Assembly (NCBI GenBank): GCA_902796435.1 | Contig: CADBPG010000005.1 | Location: 148-64,147 of the forward strand | Length of the DNA stretch: 64,000 nt | Direction of reading: 5' to 3' | DNA from: an uncultured Eubacteriales bacterium | Lineage (GTDB): Bacteria; Bacillota; Clostridia; Lachnospirales; Bianqueaceae | In this document: positions 63,405-64,000 of the stretch, one piece after another | Layout of the letters: the number at the start of each line of letters is the position of its first letter | Numbering within the stretch: position 1 is the stretch's first letter | Position numbers and translations under genes: made by a program | The notes under the pieces: model-generated | Databases searched by the model: none | Told to the model about the DNA's origin: nothing | The model's input: only the letters and a program-made list of their open reading frames with translations

Positions 63405-64000
63405 ATGATCAAAAAAGAAGGAAATCTCTCCATCGACAGCGAGAACATATTTCCTATAATCAAGAAATGGTTGTATTCTGATCAGGACATTTACGTCCGT
63501 GAACTTATCTCCAATGGTGCCGACGCCATCCAGAAGCGCAAAAAGCTTTCCATGCTGGGTGAGGTCGCATCCGATGAAAACGTCGATTATAAGATCCAGG
63601 TTACGCTGGACCCCGAAGCAAAAACCATCACCTTTTCCGATAATGGTATCGGCATGACCGCCGATGAAGTCGAAAAATATATCACGCAGATCGCGTTCTC
63701 TGGCGCTACGGAGTTCCTGGAAAAGTATAAGGATTCCGGCGAGGATACGATCATCGGTCATTTCGGCCTGGGCTTCTACTCCGCTTTCATGGTCTCTTCT
63801 CTGGTCGAGATCGAGTCCTTGTCTGCTTTGGAAGGTGCGGAGCCTGTCCATTGGACCTGCGACGGTTCTTCTACCTATGAAATGACCGAAGGCAGCCGCA
63901 CAGAGGTCGGTACCGATATCATTCTGCACATCAACGAAGATAGCGAGAACTATCTTGATACCTGGGAGATGCGCAAGATCATCGAGAAGTACTGCTCTTT
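63405..64000 (+). CDS. htpG: Molecular chaperone HtpG (Hsp90), N-terminal part; the 3' end lies outside the window
   Basis: I translated it by eye: MIKKEGNLSIDSENIFPIIKKWLYSDQDIYVRELISNGADAI... It is absent from the ORF track because there is no stop before the window end. The antisense ORF 63387-63929 is a shadow ORF. Confidence 0.85.
   Translation, partial: MIKKEGNLSIDSENIFPIIKKWLYSDQDIYVRELISNGADAIQKRKKLSMLGEVASDENVDYKIQVTLDPEAKTITFSDNGIGMTADEVEKYITQIAFSGATEFLEKYKDSGEDTIIGHFGLGFYSAFMVSSLVEIESLSALEGAEPVHWTCDGSSTYEMTEGSRTEVGTDIILHINEDSENYLDTWEMRKIIEKYCS

Noticed and set aside
1-64000. CRISPR arrays, rRNA operons, IS elements and large direct or inverted repeats.
   Set aside because: Reading through all intergenic regions, the longest of which is about 190 nt, showed no repeat-spacer periodicity, rRNA-like sequence, transposase ORF or terminal inverted repeats. 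A computational repeat search would be needed to exclude diverged repeats.

Overview
The window looks like a chromosomal segment of a Bacillota/Clostridia-type genome. That assignment rests on gene order and protein style only, since no database search was possible. It is densely coding (about 65 CDS plus one tRNA) and mostly housekeeping. In order: a helicase 3' end, an IlvD/Edd-family dehydratase with a DUF2264-like gene, mrnC-rlmB-sigH, NfeD/SPFH, tadA, ppx-ppk1, a GNAT gene, pfkA, and an AgrC-like/LytTR two-component pair. Next come a two-gene membrane cassette encoding a 1073-aa TIR protein, prs, lexA divergent from a yneA-like SOS gene, rplU-prp-rpmA, obg-yhbY-nadD-yqeK-rsfS, proS and a XerS-like recombinase. 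A roughly 10.7-kb nucleoside salvage/uptake supercluster follows (tdk-deoC-deoD-deoB-cdd, BMP-type ABC transporter, pdp, udk). The rest is rng with the TIGR03936/TIGR03960 radical-SAM pair, mgsA, rodA, mrdA-mreDCB-radC, comEB, a PepD-like gene, a pseudouridine synthase, uxaC, tRNA-Thr, rpe-HAD-fucU, nfnAB and the htpG 5' end. I saw no CRISPR array, rRNA, IS element or prophage. Most long antisense ORFs in the track are shadow ORFs of real genes. The best candidate for an undescribed system is the minus-strand cassette at 16153-20347. It has its own sigma-A-like promoter and encodes a multi-pass membrane protein followed by a TIR protein. The TIR protein has a Toll-like-receptor-like topology: a cytoplasmic TIR domain with an intact WCxxE-type glutamate motif, one TM helix, and about 870 aa of extracytoplasmic beta-propeller-like repeats. 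Secondary observations are a near-perfect CIRCE element next to the htpG promoter, a PepD (M20C) homologue whose metal-ligand motifs all appear lost, a five-box SOS control region, a 136-aa minimal P-loop protein, and several translationally coupled or overlapping gene junctions.
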